From: Candidatus Doudnabacteria bacterium
GTDB lineage: Bacteria; Patescibacteriota; JAQUNI01
DNA length: 64,000 nucleotides
Reading direction: 5' to 3'
Assembly: GCA_041644975.1 (NCBI GenBank)
Contig: JBAZQX010000001.1
Location: 103,274 to 167,273, forward strand
A model generated the notes under the pieces. The model saw nothing but the letters and a program-made list of their open reading frames with translations. It was not told where the DNA came from and did not search any database. Shown here in pieces: positions 10,092-19,096 of this stretch. How positions within the stretch are numbered: the first letter of the stretch is position 1; the number at the start of each line of letters is the position of its first letter. The position numbers and the translations under genes are program-made.

Positions 10092-10190
10092 AAAGTGTAA
10101 AATTAAAAATGAAAAATGTAAAATGACAGATCAAAATTTAAAATTTTACATACTAATTTTGCATTTCCATTTTACTTTTTAATTGCATTT
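10092..10190. repeat. Degenerate heptamer tandem array in inverted arrangement
   Basis: AAAATTA/AAAATGA/AAAATGT units followed by complementary TAATTTT/CCATTTT units. Confidence 0.6.
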
Positions 10191-11132
10191 AATTTTTAGC
10201 TTTTCAAAGTATCTAATCGTTTTTTTTAAGCCATCTTCTAGATTTACCTTTGGCGTCCATCCTAATTTTGTGTGCGCCAGAGTGATATCTGGCTTTCTTT
10301 TTGTGGGGTCGTCTTCAGGGAGAGGACAGAATTGAATTCTGGAATGAGAGCCGGTGAGTTCTATTACTTTTCTGGCTAAATCATCAATTTTGGTTTCCCG
10401 GGGATTTCCTAGATTAAAAGGTCCAATTTCTTTACTCTTCATCATCTTGATTAAACCAATGATTATATCATCAATATAGCTAAAAGAGCGGGTTTGCTCC
10501 CCTTTACCATAAACGGTAATAGGTTTATCATCTAGAGCTTGGTTGATAAAGTTTGGAATCACGCGGCCATCATTATCGCGCATCCCCGGACCATAAGTGT
10601 TAAAAATCCGGACAATTTTCGCATTGAGTCTATATTTTCGGACGTAACTCATAATTAGACTTTCGGCAAAGCGTTTACCCTCATCATAACAAGAGCGGGG
10701 ACCTAAAGTATTCACATAGCCGCGGTAGCTTTCTTTCTGGGGATGCACTTGAGGATCACCATAAACTTCAGAGGTGGAAGCTTGCAAAAAGACGGCTTGA
10801 TGTTCCATTGCTAAATCTAAAAGACGGTTCACTCCCTCGGAGCAGACTTTTAAAATTTTAGTAGGATAACGCGGAAAATCCACGGGAGAAGCGGGACAGG
10901 CTAAGTTATAAATTTCGTCAATTTTATCCGGCAAAGGAGGGATGTTCTCCGTAATATCGTGATCCATAAAGACAAAGTTAGGGTGAGAAAACCATTCTTT
11001 GATATTGTCATAAGATCCGGTAATGAGGTTATCAATGCACAGGATTTTATTTTTTTCCTGAAGCAGATAGCGAATCAGATTAGAACCGATAAATCCCGCC
11101 CCGCCGGTAACTAGAATAGTTTTTTTGTCCAT
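10179..11132 (-). CDS. UDP-glucuronate decarboxylase (UDP-xylose synthase-like SDR)
   Basis: TGGAGFIGS, NLACPASP, ASTSEVYGDP, GPRSCYDEGKR, RIFNTYGP, DDPTKRKPDI. Confidence 0.92.
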   Translation of the reverse strand: MDKKTILVTGGAGFIGSNLIRYLLQEKNKILCIDNLITGSYDNIKEWFSHPNFVFMDHDITENIPPLPDKIDEIYNLACPASPVDFPRYPTKILKVCSEGVNRLLDLAMEHQAVFLQASTSEVYGDPQVHPQKESYRGYVNTLGPRSCYDEGKRFAESLIMSYVRKYRLNAKIVRIFNTYGPGMRDNDGRVIPNFINQALDDKPITVYGKGEQTRSFSYIDDIIIGLIKMMKSKEIGPFNLGNPRETKIDDLARKVIELTGSHSRIQFCPLPEDDPTKRKPDITLAHTKLGWTPKVNLEDGLKKTIRYFEKLKIKCN

Positions 11133-11183
11133 ACAATTTACCTTTTTTAATCTTAAAATTTTAACTTAATATAGTGATCAATG

Positions 11184-11945
11184 TCAATTTTTTTGATATT
11201 TCTTTAATATATTCTTCCGTTTTTCCGATGGTTGATCATAATAGCGCAATATTTTTAAACGATAGAAAACAGCCATAGTGTCCCAAAATGATTTGTTGAT
11301 TGCTGATAGACAAATAGAACTGTGGCTGAAATCCATTTCAAGGTTGACTGGAATTTCCATAATTTTGTAACCATAATGGTGAGCCAAGGCGAGCAGTTCA
11401 ATGTCAAAAGCGTATTTTTTCACGAGGACCTTAGGGAAGATTTCGGCAAGCACTTTGCGTTCAAATAATTTCAAGCCCACTTGGCTGTCCTTGATATCCA
11501 TTTGAAAGAGGGTTTTAACCATAAGTTGCGCCGCGCGGCTTAAAACTTGACGCTTTAGAGGATAAATCACTCGCGATTGCGGATGCCTCTTTGAGCCAAT
11601 GATCACGGGCACTTTGAATTTTTGATAGTAATTAATAATCTGAATGATGTGCGCGGGGTCAAATTCCAGACCAGCGTCAAAGAAGATAATTAAATCGCCG
11701 CTTGCATGATTGAAACCATATTTTAGGGCATAACCTTTTCCCCTATTCTGAGGATAGCCTAGAATGATGATAGAGTGAGAGTTATAAGTGGAGGCAATTT
11801 CGTAGGTCTTATCTTCTTTACCATCGCAGATTACAATAATTTCCGTGAGGTACGGAAGCGATTGAACGGTATTCTGGACCGCATCAATTGTTTGGCTGAT
11901 TTTGTCTTGCTCGTGATAAGCAGGAATCAGAATGGATATTTTCAT
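11184..11945 (-). CDS. Glycosyltransferase family 2 (dolichyl-phosphate glucosyltransferase-like)
   Basis: ISILIPAY, NRGKGYAL, FFDAG, GSKRHP, DSQVGLKLF, FDIELL. Confidence 0.88.
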   Translation of the reverse strand: MKISILIPAYHEQDKISQTIDAVQNTVQSLPYLTEIIVICDGKEDKTYEIASTYNSHSIIILGYPQNRGKGYALKYGFNHASGDLIIFFDAGLEFDPAHIIQIINYYQKFKVPVIIGSKRHPQSRVIYPLKRQVLSRAAQLMVKTLFQMDIKDSQVGLKLFERKVLAEIFPKVLVKKYAFDIELLALAHHYGYKIMEIPVNLEMDFSHSSICLSAINKSFWDTMAVFYRLKILRYYDQPSEKRKNILKKYQKN

Positions 11946-13252
11946 TATGATTGCAGAAGATTTGAAGTATTTTTTGATTTATTTAAGGCAAGATTTCCCT
12001 TTTTTTCCCAAAAATAGAAAATCATCAGTCCCCCGAATAATCCGGCGATGGAGATAAGGAGATTAAAAACAATTTGTCTGATTGAACTGTGACGCATTAA
12101 GATAAGCAGGATTTCCAAGATGCTGGCTGCGATCAAGATATAAATAAATTTAAATTTGTGAATGGAAAGATAATAACTAATTAAGATATTATCCAGTGAG
12201 AGGAAAAACATAGTGATAGCGCTAAAGCCCACTAAAGGGGAAATAACAAGGTAAGAAGAGCCAAAAAGCATTTTAATAATTAATTGGGGAAAAAGGAAAT
12301 AAGCTACTACTCCTGAACCTGAAACAAAGCCGACTATTCTCAGGGACTGTTTTAAAAGATGTTGGTGATCCTCGCCCTTTTTATATTTTTCTGCTGCCAT
12401 CGGGAACATCACCGCTGCAATGGTGCCCGTGGCAAAGAAAATGATTTGGCTTAATTTAGAAAGAGCTGAATAAAGTCCTGCTTCTTTGGCTGGAAAGAAG
12501 TGCTTCACCATAATAATGTCAACGTTGTAAAGCGCCGTGAGACAGAAGAGGGTAATCAATATGGGTAAGGCAAAGGATATGATTTTGTAATCCTTGATTT
12601 TATTTTGCGGAGTGTGAAGAAAAATAAATCTAAGGGGCAGAAAACTCACTATAAAGGCAATTAAATTTGCGACAGCTATTGCGCCCAGCGCCCCGTATAC
12701 TTTCAGGCTCGTCAGAACCAAAGCCGCACCTAGAGAGGTTTTAATTAATGCCTCTATCAACAAATTCCAGGTAAGAGATTTAAAAAGTTGTAAACCCTGA
12801 AGGATAGCGCGAGTTGTTGGCACCACAAAAGCCAAAAATAAGATAAAGTTCAGGGCCAGAATTAATTTTAAAGAAGGTATTTGTAAAAAATGAGCAAGCC
12901 ATGGTGCCATAATACAGAGAACCAAGAATACGGCTATACCCACAAGGGTTAAATTTTTCACAAGATATCGCAGTAGAAAATGGAGTTCCCCATAATTTTT
13001 GCTGACTTTCAGGTTACTCGCGAGTTTAACAATGACCATACTAACGGTGGACATCGGGATGGATAAAATTGCACTCACGGAGATTAAGGAGGCCAAAATG
13101 CCATAGTCCGCCGGCCCTAAGGCCCTTCCTGCCACTAAATGGAAGATATAATTACCCACACTGACCGACATTGAACCTAAAAACAGAATATAACTATTCT
13201 TAATTAACTTATTTTTTTTTAGTCTCAGGTTAATGGTTTGAAAAATATTCAT
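11945..13252 (-). CDS. wzx: Wzx-type oligosaccharide flippase
   Basis: Multi-TM; KNSYILF, RALGPADYG, DIIMVKHFF, AGLYSA. Confidence 0.85.
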   Translation of the reverse strand: MNIFQTINLRLKKNKLIKNSYILFLGSMSVSVGNYIFHLVAGRALGPADYGILASLISVSAILSIPMSTVSMVIVKLASNLKVSKNYGELHFLLRYLVKNLTLVGIAVFLVLCIMAPWLAHFLQIPSLKLILALNFILFLAFVVPTTRAILQGLQLFKSLTWNLLIEALIKTSLGAALVLTSLKVYGALGAIAVANLIAFIVSFLPLRFIFLHTPQNKIKDYKIISFALPILITLFCLTALYNVDIIMVKHFFPAKEAGLYSALSKLSQIIFFATGTIAAVMFPMAAEKYKKGEDHQHLLKQSLRIVGFVSGSGVVAYFLFPQLIIKMLFGSSYLVISPLVGFSAITMFFLSLDNILISYYLSIHKFKFIYILIAASILEILLILMRHSSIRQIVFNLLISIAGLFGGLMIFYFWEKKGNLALNKSKNTSNLLQS

Positions 13253-14190
13253 TGCGAGGGGCGTTGGTTAGATTTAAACCATTCTATGGTTTTTCTGATT
13301 CCTTCTTCTAGGGAATAGCGCGGTCTCCATTTTAATTCTTTTTGGGCGAGACTCGCATCTAAACTTATCTGATCTACTTCACCTAGACGACAAGGAAGAT
13401 ATTGGGGTTTTATTTTACTTTGTAATTCTCGGGCGACTATCTGAAATATTTGTTCTGTGGTAGTCGCCTTTCCTGTGCCGATATTGTAGATTTTGTTTTG
13501 GCAGGAGAGCATTGCTTTGATGTTAGCTTCCACTATGTCTTCCACAAAGATATAATCCCTTTTATTTTTGCCATAAGCAAAAAGAGAAGGCGCTTCTCCT
13601 TGGATTAATTGATGAAGAAGAATGGCGATCACCCCCGCTTCTCCCAAGGGGTTCTGGCGGGGGCCATAGACATTGGCATAACGCAGGGTGATGTAGGGCA
13701 ATTTATAGAGCCTGTGATAAGTTTCTAAATATTTTTCCGCCGTATATTTGGAAATGCCATAACAAGATAGAGGATTTACAGAGTGTGATTCCGGGACTGG
13801 GATCTCCCGGGGTTCGCCATAGACAGCTCCCCCGCTAGAGGCATAAATAAATTTTTTTATTTTAATTCTCGCCGCTTCTCTAATGATATTCAAAGAGCCT
13901 AGAATATTCACCTTGGCATCATAGATCGGTTTTTGGAGGGATTTACGCACATCCATTTGAGCCGCCAAGTGAAAAATATAATCTATTTTATGCTTGCGCA
14001 AGATTGGTCTTAAATTTTCGTTAATGTTTTTTTCGTAAAAAACCAGATTTTTATTTGGGAGAGGAAGATTATGGCGAAAGCCCGTGGAAAGATCATCTAT
14101 CACTACCACTTTGTGTTTTAATTTTAATAATCTTTTGACTAAATTCGCGCCAATAAAACCTGCCCCTCCAGTAACAAGCACCGTCGGCAT
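13249..14190 (-). CDS. NAD-dependent epimerase (UDP-glucose 4-epimerase-like)
   Basis: TGGAGFIG, HLAAQMDVRKS, SSGGAVYGE, YGISK, LRYANVYGPRQ. Confidence 0.9.
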   Translation of the reverse strand: MPTVLVTGGAGFIGANLVKRLLKLKHKVVVIDDLSTGFRHNLPLPNKNLVFYEKNINENLRPILRKHKIDYIFHLAAQMDVRKSLQKPIYDAKVNILGSLNIIREAARIKIKKFIYASSGGAVYGEPREIPVPESHSVNPLSCYGISKYTAEKYLETYHRLYKLPYITLRYANVYGPRQNPLGEAGVIAILLHQLIQGEAPSLFAYGKNKRDYIFVEDIVEANIKAMLSCQNKIYNIGTGKATTTEQIFQIVARELQSKIKPQYLPCRLGEVDQISLDASLAQKELKWRPRYSLEEGIRKTIEWFKSNQRPSQ

Positions 14191-14305
14191 AAAATTTGGT
14201 TTATGTATTAAAAATTGAGCCCTATAGATAAGGTCTTATCTTATTGTAACCGAAGAGAGACAGATTGGTCAAGAATAATAATTTAGTAATTTCTTGCCAA
14301 AATAT

Positions 14306-14350
14306 AAAAAAATAAGGGAGAAGAATCTTAAAGATATCCTCTCCCTTTTT
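14306..14350 (-). terminator. Intrinsic terminator after hisG
   Basis: Minus strand AAGGGAGAGGA...UCUUCUCCCUU followed by AUUUUUU. Confidence 0.7.
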
Positions 14351-14394
14351 ACTTTTGTGCGGGCCAGCGTCGCCGAAAGAACGATACGAAAAAT

Positions 14395-15279
14395 TCAAAG
14401 GACTTTATCAATAGGGTATTGGACAATGCCCTCGGCTCCATTTTTTTTCAATTGGAGAATAAGCGCATTAGAGTCCTTTCGAGGCACTACCGTTTTCACG
14501 GCGAACCATTCTTTACTAGAGAGATTACTCACTGTCGGCTCTCTTAAGGCCGGCAATAACTTCAGAATTTTTTCCAAAACATTGGCTGGCACATTCATTT
14601 CCAAGAAGACCTTATCGCGAGCCATAATAACGCCCTGCAATATCATTTTGATATTTTCAATGGTTTGGCGTTTTTGTTTATTTTTAAAGGCTTGATGATT
14701 AGCAATTAAAACCGTCCACGATTCCATAATAACATCAATAATTCTTAAATCATTGATTGCCAAGGAGTTTCCGCTATCAATAATGTCAACGCCGGCTTCA
14801 GCAAATCCAGCTTTGACTATTGTTTCTGTCGCCCCTTTACTAATGTCTATTTGAACGTCTATTCCCTTTTTTTCAAAATACTGGCCGGAAACAACGGGAA
14901 ACTCCGTTACCACTCGTAAACCCCTAAGATTTTGAGAGGTTTTAATAGATGATTTATTGGGAACAAATAAAGCAATCTTTACCTTTCCATTTCCAGCCCT
15001 TGTAATGGGCAAGGTCATAATCTCTTCAACTTCCTTGTCTAATCCCCTTTCTTTTAGACAATCCTGACCCAAAACACCCAAGTCTAAATTCCCCCTCATC
15101 ACATAAAGAGGAATGTCTTGAGGTCGGAGTTTTACAACATTCATATTAGCACTTTGGTCATTTACTTGACCAAAAGAATCACTATCCCAAGTTATTGCTA
15201 ACCCCGCTTCCTTCATTAAACTCTCAAACATCTGTTCTAAACTCCCTTTGGGACTCCCCAATACCAATCCCATATTCAT
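14395..15279 (-). CDS. hisG: ATP phosphoribosyltransferase (long form)
   Basis: PKGSL, RPQDIPLYV, DLGVLGQD, GATE, DIIDSGNSLAINDL, C-terminal LPALREPTVS regulatory domain; SD AAGGAG before ATG 15279. Confidence 0.95.
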   Translation of the reverse strand: MNMGLVLGSPKGSLEQMFESLMKEAGLAITWDSDSFGQVNDQSANMNVVKLRPQDIPLYVMRGNLDLGVLGQDCLKERGLDKEVEEIMTLPITRAGNGKVKIALFVPNKSSIKTSQNLRGLRVVTEFPVVSGQYFEKKGIDVQIDISKGATETIVKAGFAEAGVDIIDSGNSLAINDLRIIDVIMESWTVLIANHQAFKNKQKRQTIENIKMILQGVIMARDKVFLEMNVPANVLEKILKLLPALREPTVSNLSSKEWFAVKTVVPRKDSNALILQLKKNGAEGIVQYPIDKVL

Positions 15280-15328
15280 TTTTTCTCCTTTTTTAAAGAA
15301 CCTTTTTGTCATTTTATTGTGGGCAGAC

Positions 15329-15371
15329 AAAAATAGCCCCTTTCCCGCCTAATACGGAAAGGGGCTATTTT
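15329..15371 (-). terminator. Attenuator terminator (3:4 hairpin) upstream of hisG
   Basis: AAAAUAGCCCCUUUCC-loop-GGAAAGGGGCUAUUUUU, a perfect 16-bp stem with U tail. Confidence 0.88.
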
Positions 15372-15453
15372 GGAGATATTCTTTACAAATATAAAAAGTT
15401 TATTTTTTGTTACGCCAACGCAGCCCTTCCCCGTGTGAGAAAGAGGCATGATG
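15329..15453 (-). promoter_or_regulatory. Putative His-codon transcription attenuator overlapping the 3' end of yerC/hisR
   Basis: CAU CAU codons at 15453-15448, then mutually exclusive 1:2, 2:3 and 3:4 pairings (see findings). Confidence 0.75.
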
Positions 15454-15732
15454 ATTTAATCTTTTTATAATTAATCGGTAACCGCCCATACCACGATTTA
15501 ACCATTTAGAGATTCGTGCAATCGTAGTTGAGCTTAAACCCGTTTTTTTCTCAATAGCAGAATAAGCTACTTTTCCATTCAACATCTTCGCTGCCTGCCA
15601 TCTGCGGCTAAATTCAACAATTTCTTGTTCAGTCAAAAGGTCGCGAAAAAAACGTTTCGCTTCTTTAATATTTTTTAAAGCCAAGATTGCTTGGAATAAA
15701 TCTTCAGTTTTTTTATTGTCCCATTGAGGCAT
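15400..15732 (-). CDS. YerC/YecD TrpR-family repressor (HisR-like)
   Basis: DLFQAILAL...FFRDLLTEQEI..FSRRWQAAKML..Y..IEKKTGLSSTTIARISKWL..GMGGY; lies directly upstream of hisG. Confidence 0.92.
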   Translation of the reverse strand: MPQWDNKKTEDLFQAILALKNIKEAKRFFRDLLTEQEIVEFSRRWQAAKMLNGKVAYSAIEKKTGLSSTTIARISKWLNRGMGGYRLIIKRLNHHASFSHGEGLRWRNKK

Positions 15733-15739
15733 AATAATT

Positions 15740-15777
15740 TACTTTATCATAATAAAGCACTTTACCTAAGTAAAGTA
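15740..15777. promoter_or_regulatory. Two overlapping HisR-type palindromic operators
   Basis: TACTTTA-N6-TAAAGCA (15740-15759) and CACTTTA-N6-TAAAGTA (15758-15777). Confidence 0.8.
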
Positions 15778-15801
15778 TAGCAAAGTAGAATTTTTTGTCA
15801 A
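15774..15801 (-). promoter_or_regulatory. Sigma70 promoter of yerC-hisG
   Basis: TTGACA (15801-15796), 16-nt spacer, extended TGn-TATACT (15779-15774). Confidence 0.7.
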
Positions 15802-15851
15802 GAGATTGTATTGGATAATGGGAATTTCCGTTTATATGATATAATAAATTT

Positions 15852-16304
15852 ATGTTAGAAAAATATCAGATAAAAAGGAATTTTCAAAAAACGCCGGAAC
15901 CGCGGGGAAAAGCAGCAAAATCTAAAGACAATCATTTTGTAATCCAGAAACATAGAGCGCGGACTTTACATTATGATGTTCGTCTTGAGATTGAAGGGGT
16001 TTTGAAGTCTTGGGCTGTACCCAAAAATCTACCTTTATCCTTAGGAGAGAAACATTTAGCGATTGAGACCGAGGATCATCCTGCGCAATACCTTAATTTT
16101 GAAGGTATAATTCCCGAAGGGAACTATGGCGCTGGTGTGGTTCAGATTTGGGATCAGGGTAAGCTTAAACTAAAAAGTTATGAGCTTCGCAAGCTTGTTT
16201 TTTGTTTGCAAGGCAAAAAATTGACAGGGAAGTATGTTTTGGTTAAAATAGAAAAACAGCCAAAAAAGGGTAAAAACTGGCTGGTTTTCAAGACAAAAGC
16301 ATAA
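15852..16304 (+). CDS. Stand-alone LigD 3'-phosphoesterase domain protein
   Basis: KRNFQKTPEP, FVIQKHRARTLHYDVRLE, SWAVPK, TEDHP, FEGIIPEGNYGAG, WDQG. Confidence 0.93.
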   Translation: MLEKYQIKRNFQKTPEPRGKAAKSKDNHFVIQKHRARTLHYDVRLEIEGVLKSWAVPKNLPLSLGEKHLAIETEDHPAQYLNFEGIIPEGNYGAGVVQIWDQGKLKLKSYELRKLVFCLQGKKLTGKYVLVKIEKQPKKGKNWLVFKTKA

Positions 16305-16325
16305 CTTTCTTTCTTATTAACTTTT

Positions 16326-17171
16326 ATGCTACCATCTAAAATTCGTTTTATCTTTAGAGTGATTTTTATCGCTTTCTTTGCGGCGATCCTACTTTTTGTT
16401 TTATATCAGAATTTCAACCCTTTTGGCGTCCCACGATTTTATAACTACGAATTTTCACCTAAGATTAACCATTTTATTAACCCTTTACTGCCCAAAGAGC
16501 GGGTTTCGGAGTATTACCGCGATGCGAAAGGAGACTGGTATCAAGCTTTAAAGGGTCCTTTGGTTTATTTTTCTCTTTATCCTGTTACCCAAGATTGGAA
16601 GCTTGACCTGGCTATAAAATATAAAAGTGAAGTGCCGGAAATTAGATTTGGCGAAGTAGTCTCTGCAGGCGATAATTTAGAATATAAGCCTTATCCTTTT
16701 TATAACGCATTTATCCAAAATCTTGATTGGCCTTGCGTGGAGAATAACGGGGTGTTTTTATATCAAAAAGAGAAACATTTCAATTCGGTTCAAGAATATT
16801 TGGGCAATGTTCCTTTGGATAAAAATAATGCGGTTTATTTTTTCGGTGATGAGCGAATTAAAAATGCGAAAAGTTTCACCCATTTTCAGAACCCTGCCAA
16901 GGAGATTGATTATTTAATCACTATTTATAAGAAGGCCAAGGCGACACCCGATGGCTGGCTTATAACCACTATGCATTTGAATTTATCCAACTCATTTATT
17001 CTGCGGCAGTCTGTAAGGTATCTTTTTAGTATTCCCTTTTTTGAAAATTATGTCGCCTCATCTGGGGAGTTAGCACCCGAGGTAGCGATTAGTAGCATCA
17101 AGGCCGTTGTTTACGAACCCCCTTCTCGTTACTTCCTTAAATTTCAAAATTTATTTAGAAATAGGCCTTAA
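16326..17171 (+). CDS. Hypothetical membrane-anchored protein
   Basis: 281-aa ORF with an N-terminal TM helix; co-oriented with its neighbours. Confidence 0.75.
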   Translation: MLPSKIRFIFRVIFIAFFAAILLFVLYQNFNPFGVPRFYNYEFSPKINHFINPLLPKERVSEYYRDAKGDWYQALKGPLVYFSLYPVTQDWKLDLAIKYKSEVPEIRFGEVVSAGDNLEYKPYPFYNAFIQNLDWPCVENNGVFLYQKEKHFNSVQEYLGNVPLDKNNAVYFFGDERIKNAKSFTHFQNPAKEIDYLITIYKKAKATPDGWLITTMHLNLSNSFILRQSVRYLFSIPFFENYVASSGELAPEVAISSIKAVVYEPPSRYFLKFQNLFRNRP

Positions 17172-17175
17172 TTTT

Positions 17176-17430
17176 ATGAAACTGGAAGCCAGAAAAGTGA
17201 AATTCCCTACCATCCGCCTTTGGCGGACTGGTGGGTGGGTGAAATTATTTTATGTTATAGTGAGCGACCTTTTTGTAATTAGTTTAGTGGGTTACTTGAT
17301 TTTTCTTTGGTTAGATCGCGCGTATAATCAATGTATTAGCAATTATTTTAGTTTAAATATCATTTTAGTTCTTGTTTTACTATCGGGGATTATGACTGCT
17401 GTCTTGAGGGGGATATTGGCGAAAAAATAA
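17176..17430 (+). CDS. Small membrane protein with a palindromic insert near the N-terminus
   Basis: Two TM segments; TCCGCCTTTGGCGGA palindrome at about 17213-17227 is read in frame. Confidence 0.6.
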   Translation: MKLEARKVKFPTIRLWRTGGWVKLFYVIVSDLFVISLVGYLIFLWLDRAYNQCISNYFSLNIILVLVLLSGIMTAVLRGILAKK

Positions 17431-17545
17431 AATAACCCCCCATCTATACCAGAGGTGGGGTGGGGTTCGAAGTTCTTTATGATAATTTTTGTTTCTTAAG
17501 GGATTTTTTTATTTTTTGATATTTCTTATTTGTCCAAAATGAAAA

Positions 17546-18241
17546 TTATTTTAGATAAACATGCTGATACTTTTTTATTTTTGCCTGAAGGGTTTTTCTT
17601 TCATTTTCCACATCGTCAATATTTTTTAAACCCGTACAGTTGGGGTAACGGGTGCAGCCATAAAACATATTTCCTCCGTTTTTCCCTTGACGTTTGCGCA
17701 TCGGAGCGCCGCAAGCAGGGCAAGTGACCTCCTCGGAAAAATACAAAACTTTAGCGCTCCACATATCCGCCATATGGAGTATAACCGCCAAAGGCTTCAT
17801 ATTTTTAATGAATTCTTTAAAATCACTCCAGCCGCCTTCAGCATAAAGCAGGGCATTGAGCTCATTATCACTAAGACCAATACCAGCTTTGGCTAACTCA
17901 TTGAGGGTCCAAACCTCGGCTGGCAATTCAATGTCTGTCCATCGCCAAGCGTCTTTAATGTCTTCCACATAGGTTACGATTTTGGCAAAATCATGGAGGT
18001 AGGCGGCAACAATCATCTCTTCTTCCGTAAAATCAGGGTGAGAGTAGGATAGATTATTATAGGGTAGATATTTATTGAGCCTTAGCATTATTTCTAAAAT
18101 TTCAGTGGTATGCAGAAGAAGTCCGCCCGTAAAGTTATGATGATGGGTTTCTGCTGCCGGCGCACGGTCAAAAGCAGAACGGTATTCTTCCGCAAAAGTA
18201 GTGAGTTTAGTTTTTTTGAGGTAAACGTACAAATCAAGCAT
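17546..18241 (-). CDS. YhaM-like HD-domain protein with a C-terminal topoisomerase C4 zinc ribbon
   Basis: APAA..HHHNFTGGLLLHT, LHDFAK, LHMAD; then CPACGAPMRKRQGK..FYGCTRYPNC. Confidence 0.82.
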   Translation of the reverse strand: MLDLYVYLKKTKLTTFAEEYRSAFDRAPAAETHHHNFTGGLLLHTTEILEIMLRLNKYLPYNNLSYSHPDFTEEEMIVAAYLHDFAKIVTYVEDIKDAWRWTDIELPAEVWTLNELAKAGIGLSDNELNALLYAEGGWSDFKEFIKNMKPLAVILHMADMWSAKVLYFSEEVTCPACGAPMRKRQGKNGGNMFYGCTRYPNCTGLKNIDDVENERKTLQAKIKKYQHVYLK

Positions 18242-18441
18242 ATTTTAAGTTATTTTTATAGTGCGGTTTGTGTTGTTTATTTTTCAAAGTATAGCCGCCT
18301 TAGGAATTCACCTTTCAAAATCATTCTAATTAATCTAAAAAATGACCAATGACCAAATTCTAATTCCAAAAAGTTTTGTTATGGGAATTCATCCTTTGGG
18401 GTTTTAAGGATAAAGATTAGACGGAGAAGGATTTGCAGAGT

Positions 18442-18921
18442 TTATCTTTCAAAAAGGAAGCCCCCCAAGGGGTGGTAGCTAAAGATGATAAAACTTACTA
18501 GAAAGAAGAGAAAGAGGAGGGTTGTGACTAAAATTACCGAGCAATTTGGTTCTTTGGTGCTTAAAAATTGTTCCAGAAATTGAGCGATAATTACAGCAAT
18601 GGCTACGCTTAAAAAGACCGTCGTGAAACCGCTAGGGGTAATCATAATAAAAACAGCAGTCAAAATAGTGGCGCTGACGATGCCGGCGAGCTTGCCAAAA
18701 AAGATATTGTCTCTTTCCGCGAAACCAGGAATTAGGAATTCTAAAAGACCATAAATAATCATTGCCCAAAAGACCACTTTGGCGATTTCAAAGATACTGC
18801 CATCTTGGGCGCAAAACAGCTTTAAACCGCCCGCATAGCGCAGAAAGCCAACCAGAAAGAGAACGGCAATCACGGCGATAATTTTATAAAAGAGCAATTG
18901 TTTTTTAGAAAGTTTGTTCAT
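18442..18921 (-). CDS. Membrane protein (possibly DUF6512-like)
   Basis: About five TM helices; SIFEIAKVVFW resembles the SVWEHLKLLFW motif. Confidence 0.6.
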   Translation of the reverse strand: MNKLSKKQLLFYKIIAVIAVLFLVGFLRYAGGLKLFCAQDGSIFEIAKVVFWAMIIYGLLEFLIPGFAERDNIFFGKLAGIVSATILTAVFIMITPSGFTTVFLSVAIAVIIAQFLEQFLSTKEPNCSVILVTTLLFLFFLVSFIIFSYHPLGGFLFER

Positions 18922-19096
18922 TTGGATTAACCCTGCCCTCCTTTTCGGGGGTTATCTTTCTTCTATTATTTTAACAAAGAATTTATTAAAATACAATTCG
19001 CCAAGATTTTTTTTATTTCCCCCCCCGAAGGAATCCCTTTGGGATATTTTTCTCCAAAGAAAAGCTTTCAGCTTCTTTTTTTTGGGGGGGTTCAAG

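Noticed and set aside
15280-15330. Longer hisG N-terminus (MSAHNK...) from the ORF track
   Set aside because: It starts inside the terminator U-tract; the SD AAGGAG supports ATG 15279.
17432-17475. tRNA suggested by GGTTCGAA
   Set aside because: No cloverleaf; it is a CCCC...GGGG hairpin between convergent genes.
18242-18324. Upstream extension of the HD-zinc-ribbon gene
   Set aside because: It needs both a frameshift and a stop repair, with no motif support.
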